Positions 51,099-61,597 are shown, counted from the first letter of the stretch. The stretch: DNA of 64,000 bases from Coraliomargaritaceae bacterium (GCA_965656495.1 CBFHKU010000004.1:32001-96000), one strand, 5' to 3'. Translations and numbers: made by a program. The notes: a model not told the origin generated them from the letters alone.

Positions 51099-51620
51099 AT
51101 GTCCGACGAATCCAATCATCCATCCTGGTTTTGCCTGAAAACCCAAACAAAGCGCGAACACATTGCCGCCGGGATGCTTGCGGGGCAATATGAAGTGGAG
51201 GTCTTCTGCCCGCGCATCAGTCAGATCAAAAAGACCCGCGCCGGGAAAAAACGGTTCACGGAAGCGCTCTTCCCGAGCTACATCTTCGCCCGCTTTCATT
51301 ACGAGACCCAGTTCCGAAAAATCATGCACGCGCAAGGCGTGCTCCAGATTGTCGCGACCGGGGATCGCCGCGTCATTCCCGAGCATATTATCGATTCCCT
51401 CAAAGCGAGCCTACCGGAGGACGTCATCGAAGCGCCCGACCTGAGCATTGAACCCGGCGCGGAAATCGAAATTCTAACGGGCTCCCTCAAGGGCTTGAAC
51501 GGCAAGGTCCTCGCAGCTATGCCCGCAAAAAAACGAGTGGAGGTACTCCTCGATTTTCTGGGCCGCGAGATCACGGTGGCGATTCATCCGGACGATGTAA
51601 TCCTGAAGGAAAAGGATTAG
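51099..51620 (+). CDS. NusG paralogue (RfaH/UpxY/LoaP-like antiterminator)
   Basis: WFCLKT, ALFPSYIFARF NGN domain; KOW PGAEIEILTGSLKGLNG; RVEVLLDFLGR. Confidence 0.85.
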   Translation: MSDESNHPSWFCLKTQTKREHIAAGMLAGQYEVEVFCPRISQIKKTRAGKKRFTEALFPSYIFARFHYETQFRKIMHAQGVLQIVATGDRRVIPEHIIDSLKASLPEDVIEAPDLSIEPGAEIEILTGSLKGLNGKVLAAMPAKKRVEVLLDFLGREITVAIHPDDVILKEKD

Positions 51621-51629
51621 AGCGCTGCC

Positions 51630-53099
51630 CTAGCCTTCGCTTTCAATCAATTTTCGCAGAATTTCGTCGAGGGTGGCGGGATTTGCCTGACCCTTGGTTG
51701 CTTTCATGACCGGTCCCTTCAAGGCGTTGAGGGCTTTGGCGTTGCCCTCCTTAAACTGCGCCACCGCCTTGGCATTACCCGCGATGGCCTCGCGGCAGAG
51801 CGCTTCGATTTCATCGGAGTTATCGCTTTGTTCCAGACCTTCCTTTTCGACGATTGCGGCGGGCATCTCACCACTGGCATACATCGCCGCAAAAACCTCC
51901 TTACCGATTTGCTTCGTGATCACACCCTCCTCAATGAGTTTCGCCAATTCCGCGATGTGCGCCGGAGTGAGCGGGCAATCCGTGATTGAAAGGGCACTTT
52001 CCCCGTGGGCGGCACTCGCGGAGAGTTCGCGCAGCAAATCGTTGGCGATGTAATTGGCGATCGCTTTGGGGGCGTCGTGAACCGCGAGCGCTGCCTCGAA
52101 GAAGGCAGACAATTCCGGATCCGGACAGAGCACCGAGGTGATCGTAAAGGGCAAACCCAGTGCTTCCTGAAAACGGCGTTGTTTATCGTAGGGCCGCTCG
52201 GGGAGTTCCGCCTCGATTGCTGCAACGCGGGCACGGTCGAGGCGCACCGGCATGAGGTCGGGGTCCGGGAAATAACGGTAGTCGTGCGCTTCCTCTTTAC
52301 TGCGAAGCGAGCTGCTGCTGCCTTTTTCGGCATTCCAGCGGCGGGTCTCCTGCGTGATGCTTTCCCCCGCATCGAGCAATTCCGCCTGCCGCGCGATTTC
52401 GTATTCAATCGCGGCCCGCACGTTTGAAATGGAATTGAGATTTTTCATCTCGGTGCGGGTTCCAAGTTGTTCGCTACCGGCGGGCTTGAGGGAAACATTG
52501 GCATCACAGCGCAATTGCCCCTTTTCCATGTCGCAATCCGAGACCCCGGTGTAATGGATCAATTGGATAAGGGCGTTGAGGAAGGCAACCGCTTCCTCCG
52601 AGGAATGGAGGTCGGGTTCGGTCACGATTTCCGCGAGGGGTACCCCGGCGCGATTGAAATCAATGACGGTATCGAAGGCCTCGTGGCTGAGTTTGCCGGG
52701 GTCTTCCTCCAAGTGAATCCGGTTGAGTTTTACGCTGCGGTGTTCGCCCTGCACATTCCGCGAGGGGCCGGGCAACTCGATCTCAACGAGCCCCCCCAGG
52801 CAAAGCGGTTCCTCGTTTTGCGTGAGCTGATAGTTCTTCGGGGAGTCGGGATAAAAGTAATTTTTGCGGTCCCATTTACAGACTTCTGCGATTTCACACC
52901 CGAGCATGAGGCCCAACTTCGCGCAGGCCTCAATCGCGGCGTGGTTGAGCACCGGCAAGGTTCCCGGCAGACCCAGCACCACTGCGTCGGTCAGGGTATT
53001 GGGTTCCGCGCCGTAGCTATAGGGCGCCGCGGTGAACATCTTCGTGCGCGTTTTGAGCTGCACGTGGATTTCAAGACCGATGACTACGTCGTATTCCAT
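51630..53099 (-). CDS. gatB: Asp/Glu-tRNA amidotransferase subunit B
   Basis: VIGLEIHVQL, DRKNYFYPD, RIHLEEDPGK, LRCDANVS, DYRYFPDPDL. Confidence 0.97.
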   Translation of the reverse strand: MEYDVVIGLEIHVQLKTRTKMFTAAPYSYGAEPNTLTDAVVLGLPGTLPVLNHAAIEACAKLGLMLGCEIAEVCKWDRKNYFYPDSPKNYQLTQNEEPLCLGGLVEIELPGPSRNVQGEHRSVKLNRIHLEEDPGKLSHEAFDTVIDFNRAGVPLAEIVTEPDLHSSEEAVAFLNALIQLIHYTGVSDCDMEKGQLRCDANVSLKPAGSEQLGTRTEMKNLNSISNVRAAIEYEIARQAELLDAGESITQETRRWNAEKGSSSSLRSKEEAHDYRYFPDPDLMPVRLDRARVAAIEAELPERPYDKQRRFQEALGLPFTITSVLCPDPELSAFFEAALAVHDAPKAIANYIANDLLRELSASAAHGESALSITDCPLTPAHIAELAKLIEEGVITKQIGKEVFAAMYASGEMPAAIVEKEGLEQSDNSDEIEALCREAIAGNAKAVAQFKEGNAKALNALKGPVMKATKGQANPATLDEILRKLIESEG

Positions 53100-53104
53100 G
53101 ATTC

Positions 53105-54571
53105 CTAAATTGCTGCTACCTGCCGGTGATAATCGTGTGCTTGTTCAAAGGCGTGCGCCACCGCAAAGAGATCCGCCTCGCCAAATGCTTTTCCGATGAC
53201 CTGCAACCCAATCGGCAGGCCCGCACTCGTCAGGCCGCTGGGAAGCGACAGCGCCGGCAAGCCCGCAAGATTCACCGCAATGGTGTAGATATCACTCAGA
53301 TACATCGCGAGGGGATCGTCGCTGCGCTCCCCGCGCTTAAAGGCGGGGGTCGGTGAGGTCGGTGAGAGGATTGCGTCCACCTGTTCAAAAGCGGTTTCAA
53401 AATCGCGGCGAATCAAGGTGCGCACTTTTTGCGCGCGCAGGTAATAGGCATCGTAGTAACCCGAACTGAGGACATAGGTTCCGAGAATGATGCGGCGCTT
53501 GACCTCATCGCCAAAGCCCTCGCCCCGACTCTTCGTGAAAAGACTGAGGGCATCATTTGCCTCCGCGCTGCGGTGACCATAGCGCACCCCGTCAAAGCGG
53601 GCGAGATTCGAGGAAGCCTCCGCCGTTGCGATGATATAATAAACCGGCACGGAGAGGTGGGCATGCGGAAGGGAAATATCCACGATTTCCGATCCCTGTT
53701 GGCGATACCAATCGATTGCGGCCTCGATATTGGCCTTCACCTCCGGGTCGATCCCCTCCGCAAGAAATTCGCGCGGCACGCCGAGTTTCCACGGCCCCTT
53801 GCGGGTTTTGAGCTCGGCGCGGAAATCCGGGACTTCCGGCATCGCAATGGAAGTTGAATCAAGGGGATCCTTGCCCAGCATTGCCTGAAACAGGATGGCG
53901 GCATCCTCCACGGTGCGCGACATCGGCCCCGCCTGATCCAGCGAGGAGGCAAATGCTACCAGCCCGCAACGGGAGACGAGCCCGTAAGTGGGTTTCATTC
54001 CGACGACCCCGCACAGCGCTGCCGGTTGGCGGATCGAGCCCCCGGTGTCGGTGCCGATCGTCGCGATGGCCTCCCCTGCCGCGAGGGCGGCGGCACTACC
54101 TCCGGAAGAACCACCGGGAATGCGTTCGAGATCCCAGGGGTTGGCGGTGGTGGCGTAAGCGGAATTTTCGGTGGAAGAACCCATTGCGAATTCGTCCATG
54201 TTGAGACGACCCCAGAGCACCGCGCCGGCTGCCTTGAGCTTCGCAATCACGGTCGCATCGTAAGGGGAAACAAAATTATCGAGGATTTTAGAGGCACAGC
54301 GCAGGGGTTGCCCTTCAACCGCGAGAATGTCCTTAATGCCAAGCGGGATGCCGTCCAGCGGACCCAGCGCTTTTCCGGCGGCACGGCGTTCGTCCGAGGC
54401 GCGCGCCTGCGCGAGGGCGTCCTCCGCATCATAATGAATAAAGGCCTGCACTTTGGCTTCGACCGCCTCGGTGCGGGCGATGACCGCTTCGGTCAGCACG
54501 ACGGAACTGAGGGAACCCGCCTCCAAGGCAGCGGATAGCTCAGCAATGGTTTGATGGTATAACTCGGGCAT
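53105..54571 (-). CDS. gatA: Asp/Glu-tRNA amidotransferase subunit A
   Basis: NMDEFAMGSSTE, PGGSSGGSAA, GTDTGGSIRQPA, EVKRRIILGTYVLSSGYY. Confidence 0.97.
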   Translation of the reverse strand: MPELYHQTIAELSAALEAGSLSSVVLTEAVIARTEAVEAKVQAFIHYDAEDALAQARASDERRAAGKALGPLDGIPLGIKDILAVEGQPLRCASKILDNFVSPYDATVIAKLKAAGAVLWGRLNMDEFAMGSSTENSAYATTANPWDLERIPGGSSGGSAAALAAGEAIATIGTDTGGSIRQPAALCGVVGMKPTYGLVSRCGLVAFASSLDQAGPMSRTVEDAAILFQAMLGKDPLDSTSIAMPEVPDFRAELKTRKGPWKLGVPREFLAEGIDPEVKANIEAAIDWYRQQGSEIVDISLPHAHLSVPVYYIIATAEASSNLARFDGVRYGHRSAEANDALSLFTKSRGEGFGDEVKRRIILGTYVLSSGYYDAYYLRAQKVRTLIRRDFETAFEQVDAILSPTSPTPAFKRGERSDDPLAMYLSDIYTIAVNLAGLPALSLPSGLTSAGLPIGLQVIGKAFGEADLFAVAHAFEQAHDYHRQVAAI

Positions 54572-54591
54572 CGCAGCTTTTTCCAATGTAG

Positions 54592-54885
54592 TTATTCCAC
54601 AACCTTTGGCACAACGACCTGCTGGTCGCGCGACTCGGGCGCCATCGCGGTGAGCGTCTCCGGCGCGTAAACCGGCCCGGCGTTGTCGCCTTCGCGCCAA
54701 ATATTTTCCACGGGATGCGCATGGGCGGTCGGTTCGACCCCGGACACGTCGACCCCCTTGAGGGCTTCAAAATGTTCAAGGATGGCGTCCAGTTGCCCGC
54801 CCAGTTTTTTCTTTTCGGCATCGTTGAGTTCGATGCGGGCAAGACGGGCGACGTAATCAATATCGAGATGGGCGTGATCGGTCAT
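54592..54885 (-). CDS. gatC: Asp/Glu-tRNA amidotransferase subunit C
   Basis: IDYVARLARIEL, VDVSGVEPT, VPKVVE; upstream of gatA. Confidence 0.93.
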   Translation of the reverse strand: MTDHAHLDIDYVARLARIELNDAEKKKLGGQLDAILEHFEALKGVDVSGVEPTAHAHPVENIWREGDNAGPVYAPETLTAMAPESRDQQVVVPKVVE

Positions 54886-54898
54886 GAGAATTAAAATG

Positions 54899-56131
54899 CT
54901 ATTCGGAAGGCCCCCAACGCTTGGTAAAGGGATAATAGATAAAGATGGCGCGTCCAATAACCGATTTCTGCGGGACGTAGCCCCAGTAGCGACTGTCCGC
55001 CGAGTTGGCGGAATTATCGCCCAAGGCCACAAACTCATTTTCGGGCACTTTCATAGTGGCACCCACTCCCAACAGGCCAACATTCTTATAGCCGACGTAT
55101 TCACCCTCCTGCGCGGCGTTGCGCTCAAAAGCCGCGACCTCATCGCGGGGCTGTCCGTCCACCAAGAGGGCGTGATCTTTTATCTCCAGAGTCTCGCCCT
55201 CTTTTCCGGCGAGCCGTTTGATGTAATATTTCGGCGTGTAGTCGTTGGTCGCCCTACCCACCGCGTCCAATATTTGATCCGTGCGAAACACAAAGGGATC
55301 GCCCACTTTCGGTTTGCGGAAATGATACGTAAGGCGGTCCACAAATAGCGCATCTCCCAAACGGATATCAAAGGAGAGAATCGATTCGCCCGCCTTAATT
55401 TGGCGTCCGGTAGCCCAGCGCTCGAGTCGGGGATCGATGCTGGCGATGCGCCGAGGGTTTTCCCCCGCACTTAGGCTATCGATCACCTGATCCATCTGAA
55501 ATTCCGCAGGCACGCGCAAACGATGCGGGGTATCGCCTACAAAAAGTGTGTATTCCTTGAATTGGGCGGGCAAAAGACCGAACCATTTGCGGCCCTTAAC
55601 CACTTGATAGAAAGCAATGCTGTCATTGCTTTGCGTGCGGGCCTTTTGGATCGATAGCTCGCCGGAAGCAGTCGCCACCAAATTATGATGGCGGGCGCCC
55701 TGCGTCAGGAAATTGAAAACTTTTTGCGGGGCAGAAGGTGCTTCCCCTGTACTGTAAATTCGCTCTTTCATTCCACTGTAGGTCGGATACATGGAATTGG
55801 TGGGAATGATGAACGGTTGAAAAAAGAAGGAACGGATCCCGATCACCACAATTGCCGCGACCAGGATGACTTCGATATTGTCACTGAGAAAGGTCTTCGG
55901 GTAAATCTTGCCACCGATTTTCTTCAAATGCGCGTGGAGCGGTTCCATCGCGGCGTGGCAAGCTTCATCCCCCGCGGCTTTATCGGCAAGGACCGCCTTC
56001 AAATCTTCCATGAGCGCATCCAACCGGGCGAGATCCTCTGAGGAGGTAAGATCGCGCCGGTAATGGTAAATCTTACCTGCAGCGTGCAAGAGCTCCCGAG
56101 CTTGTTTGTGAAGCTTTTTCATATCTTTCAT
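54899..56131 (-). CDS. lepB: Signal peptidase I
   Basis: FQPFIIPTNSMYPT (Ser), YIKRL (Lys), LGDNSANSADSRYWG; start uncertain. Confidence 0.9.
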   Translation of the reverse strand: MKDMKKLHKQARELLHAAGKIYHYRRDLTSSEDLARLDALMEDLKAVLADKAAGDEACHAAMEPLHAHLKKIGGKIYPKTFLSDNIEVILVAAIVVIGIRSFFFQPFIIPTNSMYPTYSGMKERIYSTGEAPSAPQKVFNFLTQGARHHNLVATASGELSIQKARTQSNDSIAFYQVVKGRKWFGLLPAQFKEYTLFVGDTPHRLRVPAEFQMDQVIDSLSAGENPRRIASIDPRLERWATGRQIKAGESILSFDIRLGDALFVDRLTYHFRKPKVGDPFVFRTDQILDAVGRATNDYTPKYYIKRLAGKEGETLEIKDHALLVDGQPRDEVAAFERNAAQEGEYVGYKNVGLLGVGATMKVPENEFVALGDNSANSADSRYWGYVPQKSVIGRAIFIYYPFTKRWGPSE

Positions 56132-56165
56132 TACATCAAGGGTGCAGATGCCGGCTTTGCAAACC

Positions 56166-57974
56166 CTAACCGCCGTCCGAGGTTTTAAGAATCTTAATAA
56201 AGGCATCCTGCGGAATCGAAACACTGCCGATATTCTTCATCCGTTTCTTACCCTCCTTTTGTTTTTCAAGGAGTTTGCGTTTGCGGGAAATATCGCCGCC
56301 ATAACACTTTGCGGTCACGTCCTTCCGGTAAGCACTGATGGTTTCACGCGCCACGACCTTGCCCCCAATCGCCGCCTGCACCGCGATCTTAAACATTTGC
56401 CGAGGAAGGATTTCCTTGAGGCGTTTACAAAGAGCACGCCCCCGACCCTCCGCTTTCTCGATGTGCACAATCGAAGAAAACGCGTCGACCTGTTCCTGAT
56501 TCACCAAAATGTCCAGACGGCACAGCTTCGCGCGTTCATATCCGTCCATCTCGTAATCCATCGAGCCGTAGCCGTGGGTGATGCTCTTGAGACGATCGTT
56601 GAAGTCCACGAGGATTTCATTCAGCGGGACACGACACACCAGCATGACGCGGGAATTGTCAATGGTCTCGGTGTGTTCACAGATGCCGCGCTTTTCGCTC
56701 ATCAAAGCCAGCACATCGCCAATCGAATCGCTCGGGATGTGGACCGAGGCCTTGATCATGGGTTCTTCAATAAAGTCGATCTCCGCCGGTTCCGGCAAAT
56801 GCACGGGATTGTGCACCTCGATCATGGTTCCATCCGTTTGGGTGACATGATACACAACACTGGGATAGGTTGAAATAACATCGAGGTCGTATTCCCGCCG
56901 GATGCGTTCCTGAATAATCTCCATGTGCAGGAGGCCGAGGAATCCACAGCGGAAGCCAAAACCCAGCGCTACCGAATTTTCCGACTGATACACAAAGGCG
57001 GCATCATTCAAGCGCAGCTTACCCATCGAGGCCTTGAGTTTGTTGTAATCATTCGTGTCGATCGGGTAAATTCCACTGAAGACCATCGGGCTCACCGCCT
57101 TGTAACCCGGCAACATCTCCTGCGCGAGGGCGTTGCTGTGGGTGATCGTGTCACCGAGCTTGATTTCCGCCACGTCACGGATGTTCGTAACGATATAGCC
57201 CACGTCTCCCGCTTGCAGGCTTTCCTGTTTCGTCATTGCCGGTGAAAATTTCCCCACCTCCTTGACCTGCGCCTTTCGGCCATCGCTCATCGTCACAATC
57301 GCATCGCTCGCTTTAACCTGCCCCGAGAAGACCCGCACATAACAAATCACGCCCTTAAAGGCATCATAGACGCAGTCAAAGATGAGCACCCGCAAACCCT
57401 CGACCTCCGCCCAGCGCGGCTTTGGCACCCGCGCCACCGCTGCCGCCATGAGATCCTCGACCCCGAGCCCGGACTTGCCGCTCGTCAGAATCGCCTCATC
57501 TGCCGGGATCGCCAGCACGTCCTCCAGTTGCGCCTGAATCGCCGGCACATCCGCACTCGGTAAATCCACCTTGTTGATGACCGGAATAATCTCCAAGCCC
57601 TGTTCCAGCGCCAAATGCGCATTGGCCACCGTCTGCGCCTCAATCCCCTGCGCGGCATCAATCAAAAGCATCGCGCCCTCACAGGCCGCCAAACTGCGCG
57701 AGACCTCATACGAGAAATCCACGTGCCCGGGGGTGTCGATCAAGTTGAAAGTATAATCCTGCCCATCCGCAGCCTTGTATACCATCGAAACCGGATGGCT
57801 CTTAATCGTGATCCCCCGTTCCCGCTCCAAATCCATTGAATCCAGCAACTGGTCCTTCATCTCCCGCAGTTCCACCGTCCGCGTCAATTCCAGGATGCGG
57901 TCCGACAAAGTGGTCTTACCGTGATCCACGTGGGCGATGATGCAAAAATTGCGGGTGTGTTCTAAATCGGGCAT
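56166..57974 (-). CDS. lepA: Elongation factor 4
   Basis: [72 protein letters not shown]. Confidence 0.98.
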   Translation of the reverse strand: MPDLEHTRNFCIIAHVDHGKTTLSDRILELTRTVELREMKDQLLDSMDLERERGITIKSHPVSMVYKAADGQDYTFNLIDTPGHVDFSYEVSRSLAACEGAMLLIDAAQGIEAQTVANAHLALEQGLEIIPVINKVDLPSADVPAIQAQLEDVLAIPADEAILTSGKSGLGVEDLMAAAVARVPKPRWAEVEGLRVLIFDCVYDAFKGVICYVRVFSGQVKASDAIVTMSDGRKAQVKEVGKFSPAMTKQESLQAGDVGYIVTNIRDVAEIKLGDTITHSNALAQEMLPGYKAVSPMVFSGIYPIDTNDYNKLKASMGKLRLNDAAFVYQSENSVALGFGFRCGFLGLLHMEIIQERIRREYDLDVISTYPSVVYHVTQTDGTMIEVHNPVHLPEPAEIDFIEEPMIKASVHIPSDSIGDVLALMSEKRGICEHTETIDNSRVMLVCRVPLNEILVDFNDRLKSITHGYGSMDYEMDGYERAKLCRLDILVNQEQVDAFSSIVHIEKAEGRGRALCKRLKEILPRQMFKIAVQAAIGGKVVARETISAYRKDVTAKCYGGDISRKRKLLEKQKEGKKRMKNIGSVSIPQDAFIKILKTSDGG

Positions 57975-58147
57975 GGCGCAGTCAAACCCTCTACCTTCGT
58001 TCTGGTAGCGGAAAACTCAATCTCTTTGTTCCTCAATATTTCTGGCTTGCTGAAATCGACAAAAAGTAATGCCCTGCAAATAATATGAACAAAATACATT
58101 TTACAGTGTATATTCGTATTTAAGCTATCCTTACACTAACAATTCGC

Positions 58148-58813
58148 ATGATCCGATTCCTACTCTTCCTCAACGCCCTGGTTTTCATTCAACTTCAGGC
58201 AGACAAAATTACGGAATTTACTTTCGATGGCCATCTCTATCAGGTGTATGACGATTTAGAAAGCTGGAACGACGCTCGAGTCGACGCGGCAAGCAAAATA
58301 TATAGCGGAGTATCCGGCTATCTAGCAGAAATCAACAGTGCTGCGGAAAACACTGCAATTTTCAATGCCCTTCAAGCCAACGACAGCAGCTTTACTCAAA
58401 CGGCTGGTGACGGCGGTGGCGCGCGCTACGTTTGGATCGGTGCCAACGATAGCCTGAACGAAGGCACCTGGGTCTGGGACAATAGCGGCACTAATTTTTG
58501 GACCGGAGACGGGCAAACCGGTTCCGCACAGGGTGGTAACTACGAGAACTGGGGCAGCAGGGATAACTGGTATGAGCCCGACGATTATCTAGGCAATCAG
58601 GACGCCGGCGCCATTGCATTGGATGATTGGCCTGTAGGTACAGCCGGAGAATGGAACGATATAGATGGCAATAATACGATGCCCTACATCGTCGAATTTG
58701 ACACCGTGCCCGAATACTCCCAGTTGGGTTTGGTACTAGGGCTGGGTAGCCTTGGCACCCTTCTCTTGCGCAGGCACCGCTCCCGCTCCAAATCCATCGA
58801 ATCCAGCAACTAG
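58148..58813 (+). CDS. C-type lectin domain protein with PEP-CTERM-like anchor
   Basis: [30 protein letters not shown]...EGTWVW, EPDD, WNDI; VPEY + TM + RRHR. Confidence 0.88.
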   Translation: MIRFLLFLNALVFIQLQADKITEFTFDGHLYQVYDDLESWNDARVDAASKIYSGVSGYLAEINSAAENTAIFNALQANDSSFTQTAGDGGGARYVWIGANDSLNEGTWVWDNSGTNFWTGDGQTGSAQGGNYENWGSRDNWYEPDDYLGNQDAGAIALDDWPVGTAGEWNDIDGNNTMPYIVEFDTVPEYSQLGLVLGLGSLGTLLLRRHRSRSKSIESSN

Positions 58814-58935
58814 TCCTGCATCTCCCGCAGTACCACCGTCCGCGTCAATTCCAGGATGCGGTCCGACAAAGTGGTCTTACCGTGATCCACGTGGGCGATG
58901 ATGCAAAAATTGCGGGTGTGTTCTAAATCGGGCAT
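58810..58935 (-). pseudogene. lepA: Truncated lepA 5' fragment (41 codons)
   Basis: [41 protein letters not shown] then TAG. Confidence 0.85.
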
Positions 58936-59077
58936 GGCGCAGTCAAACCCTCTACCTTCGTTCAGGTAGCGGATAGCTTGAGCCCTGACGCTGGTAAATC
59001 AATCAACGCATCCTGATTCTCCTTTGAATTTGCGCTTTCCATGAATTTTAAAAGGTGTTATTCAATTTTATAAATTA

Positions 59078-59779
59078 ATGAAATTTTTGACTTATTTAAT
59101 AAAGATAAGCCGATGGTTCAGGATCATGGTATTTATCGTCCTCGCGTGGAACATGGGCGTTTCTGAACTGCACGCTCGCGAATGGGTAAACCATGAGGGC
59201 CAAAAATTAATCGCGGATCTCCTCGAAGTCGTTGATGCCAAAACGATCAAACTTCGCTCTGCAGTAAACGGACGCATCTATAACTATCCCATCGAAAAGC
59301 TTTGCGCTGATGATCAAAAGTTTGTGCGGGATTACATCCAGGCGAAATCACAAAAAGCGGCTACTTTACTAACTGAGAAATCCGGCCCGAAACCAAGCAA
59401 GCGCCGAGCGAAATGGACAGAGGATTATAAGGAAGCTCAAAATGAAGCAAAGGAGCACGATCTCCCCATTCTATTACTTTTCACCGGCTCGGATTGGTGT
59501 GGGTATTGTATAAGGCTGGAGGATGCAGTCTTCAGCGAGCGGGACTTCGAGAAATTTGCGGACCAGAATATTGTCTTGATGAAAGCTGATTTTCCCCGAG
59601 CTAAGCAAAAGTCCGCAATCAAAAAACAGAATGCTGAACTCAAAAAAGAATTCAAAGCATCAGGCTATCCCAGCGTTTTCATCCTCAGCCCTAGAGGAAA
59701 AACACTCGGGCGTATTCACGGCTATGGGGGATGGTCGGTAGATGAGTATATCGATAAAATCGAAAAAATTATTCGCTAA
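59078..59779 (+). CDS. SHD1 + thioredoxin-fold protein
   Basis: REWVNHEGQKLIADL...IEKLCADDQKFV (SHD1-like); FTGSDWCGYC and GYP thioredoxin motifs; start may be downstream. Confidence 0.8.
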   Translation: MKFLTYLIKISRWFRIMVFIVLAWNMGVSELHAREWVNHEGQKLIADLLEVVDAKTIKLRSAVNGRIYNYPIEKLCADDQKFVRDYIQAKSQKAATLLTEKSGPKPSKRRAKWTEDYKEAQNEAKEHDLPILLLFTGSDWCGYCIRLEDAVFSERDFEKFADQNIVLMKADFPRAKQKSAIKKQNAELKKEFKASGYPSVFILSPRGKTLGRIHGYGGWSVDEYIDKIEKIIR

Positions 59780-59844
59780 ATTAAAAGACGGCATTTCCGC
59801 AAATCTTAACCTTCAATACTTCAGCACCCCATAATCCTCCGCCC

Positions 59845-60585
59845 ATGAAAAACAAACCACTCCGCATCGCCTTTCTTTCGACTTTCATCAGCCTATTGCC
59901 GCTCCAAATAGCCAGTGCTCAAGCTGCCAACGAAACGCCCCACATCGAAGTAAGCGGTCAGGGGCTCATGGAGGCGGAACCGGAACTCCTGCGCTGGGAT
60001 ATTGAGGTCGAGAACCGGGGCCCCGATATTGCGCAGTTGGCGGAGGTGCACGCCAACGAGGTTGCCCGAATTTTAAAAGCCATTGAAAAACTGGGAGTCC
60101 CCAAAGACCGCATTCAGACCAGCCGGCCAAAACTAAGCGAGCACTATACCCGCAAGAACAACAGCAACGTAAAGGATGGCTACGAGGCCTCGACCCGTAT
60201 CGCCTTTGAACTAACCAACATCAATCAATACGATGCGGTTTGGCGCGACTTGTCCAAATTCGAAAGCCTCCGGATTCGCAATTCCACTTGGGGTCTCGAC
60301 CACGAGACCCTCGCACAGATTCAGGCAAAAGCCCGCCTCAAGGCGATCGAGGACGCCCGCCTCAAAGCGATCGAAATGGCGGGAGCCCTTGGAATGGAAG
60401 TCGGATCACCCCTGCGTATCAGCGAAAGCCGCGGAGCCCGCCCCTACCCGATGGCAGATGCCATGGTACTATCAGCAGCCCCGCGCAATGGCGGCTCGGG
60501 CCCTGCTCACGCTGCCGGAATGCTGGCGGTGCGCGCCGAGGTCACGATCGTCTTTGCCATTCACGCGGCAGAGCTTGAGCACTGA
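59845..60585 (+). CDS. SIMPL/DUF541 periplasmic protein
   Basis: IEVSGQG....EPE, IQTS, GYEAS, AIEDARLKA..MAGALG..VG....ISE. Confidence 0.85.
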   Translation: MKNKPLRIAFLSTFISLLPLQIASAQAANETPHIEVSGQGLMEAEPELLRWDIEVENRGPDIAQLAEVHANEVARILKAIEKLGVPKDRIQTSRPKLSEHYTRKNNSNVKDGYEASTRIAFELTNINQYDAVWRDLSKFESLRIRNSTWGLDHETLAQIQAKARLKAIEDARLKAIEMAGALGMEVGSPLRISESRGARPYPMADAMVLSAAPRNGGSGPAHAAGMLAVRAEVTIVFAIHAAELEH

Positions 60586-60810
60586 TACCCTCCCGCTTTT
60601 TTCGGGATTTTGCCTTCCCCCGCGTCATTGCGGCAAAGCCACAATGCATTTGCCCGGCCTCCCCTTCCGGTCCCGCCAATGCCCGAACAATGAACCGCGC
60701 CTGCTCGCATTCCCATTGAACGAGCTTCCCCGCCTTGGGTTTAGCCTGAATATCGGTCCGCTATCTTTTAAAATAACGTGAAAATAATTTAAAAAATAAT
60801 AATTTTTCAC

Positions 60811-60851
60811 TTGCTAATTTATTTAGTAGGCCATAAAAGCTAATTTAGCAA
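60811..60851 (+). promoter_or_regulatory. AT-rich glpFK promoter with repeated GCTAATTTA / TTGCTAA...TTAGCAA, possible operator
   Basis: gctaattta at 60813 and 60839; inverted ttgctaa/ttagcaa. Confidence 0.35.
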
Positions 60852-61597
60852 TGAACGTATATCTAGCTGAGGCAACGGGAACTGCCATTCTTATTCTACT
60901 GGGTAATGGGGTGGTCGCCAATGTGGTGCTCAATCAATCCAAGGGACAAAAGAGCGGATGGATCGTCATAACAGCCGGCTGGGGCATGGCGGTCGCGCTG
61001 GCGGTTTATACCGTGGGTCGAATTTCCGGCGCGCACATTAATCCAGCGGAGACGGTGGCACTCGCTTCAATTGACGCCTTTGAATGGGCCAAAGTACCGG
61101 GTTATATCGCGGCGCAGATGCTCGGAGCTTTTGTTGGCTCGGTGCTGGTCTATCTTGCTTACTTTGCCCACTGGGCGGTTACCGAAGATGAAAAAAGCAA
61201 ACTGGCGTGTCATTGCACCGCCCCTGCCATCCGTAAAAACGGCCCCGCTTTTATGACAGAGGTCATTGGGACCGCGATGCTGATTTTCGGTGTCCTTGCA
61301 CTCGGGAAGGTCGCCCTTGGCGCGCAAGACGGGCAAGAAGCCTGGACCCTCGCAGTGGGCACCTGGTTTGGCCCCCTCTTGGTGGGCCTCCTCGTCTTTG
61401 CGATTGGTCTCTCCCTCGGCGGTCCCACCGGATATGCCATCAATCCCGCCCGCGACCTCGGCCCCCGCCTCGCGCATTTCCTCCTGCCCATTCCCGGAAA
61501 AGGCGACTCTGATTGGTCCTATGCCTGGATTCCTGTCGTAGCTCCCCTTCTGGGTGGCATTCTGGGCGCTAACCTATTTATCATACTCCAACTTTAA
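60851..61597 (+). CDS. glpF: Glycerol uptake facilitator (MIP)
   Basis: SGAHINPA and GYAINPARDLGPR NPA boxes. Confidence 0.93.
   Translation: MNVYLAEATGTAILILLGNGVVANVVLNQSKGQKSGWIVITAGWGMAVALAVYTVGRISGAHINPAETVALASIDAFEWAKVPGYIAAQMLGAFVGSVLVYLAYFAHWAVTEDEKSKLACHCTAPAIRKNGPAFMTEVIGTAMLIFGVLALGKVALGAQDGQEAWTLAVGTWFGPLLVGLLVFAIGLSLGGPTGYAINPARDLGPRLAHFLLPIPGKGDSDWSYAWIPVVAPLLGGILGANLFIILQL

Larger units (their letters stand above)
57816..58973. repeat. 197-bp direct repeat of the lepA 5' end and upstream region (57816-58012 / 58777-58973)
   Basis: Ungapped alignment, period 961 bp, about 6 substitutions. Confidence 0.95.

Noticed and set aside
58013..58776. Prophage or integrase-driven island at lepA or tRNA-Arg
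   Set aside because: No integrase, recombinase or phage genes in the window; only the duplications are supported.
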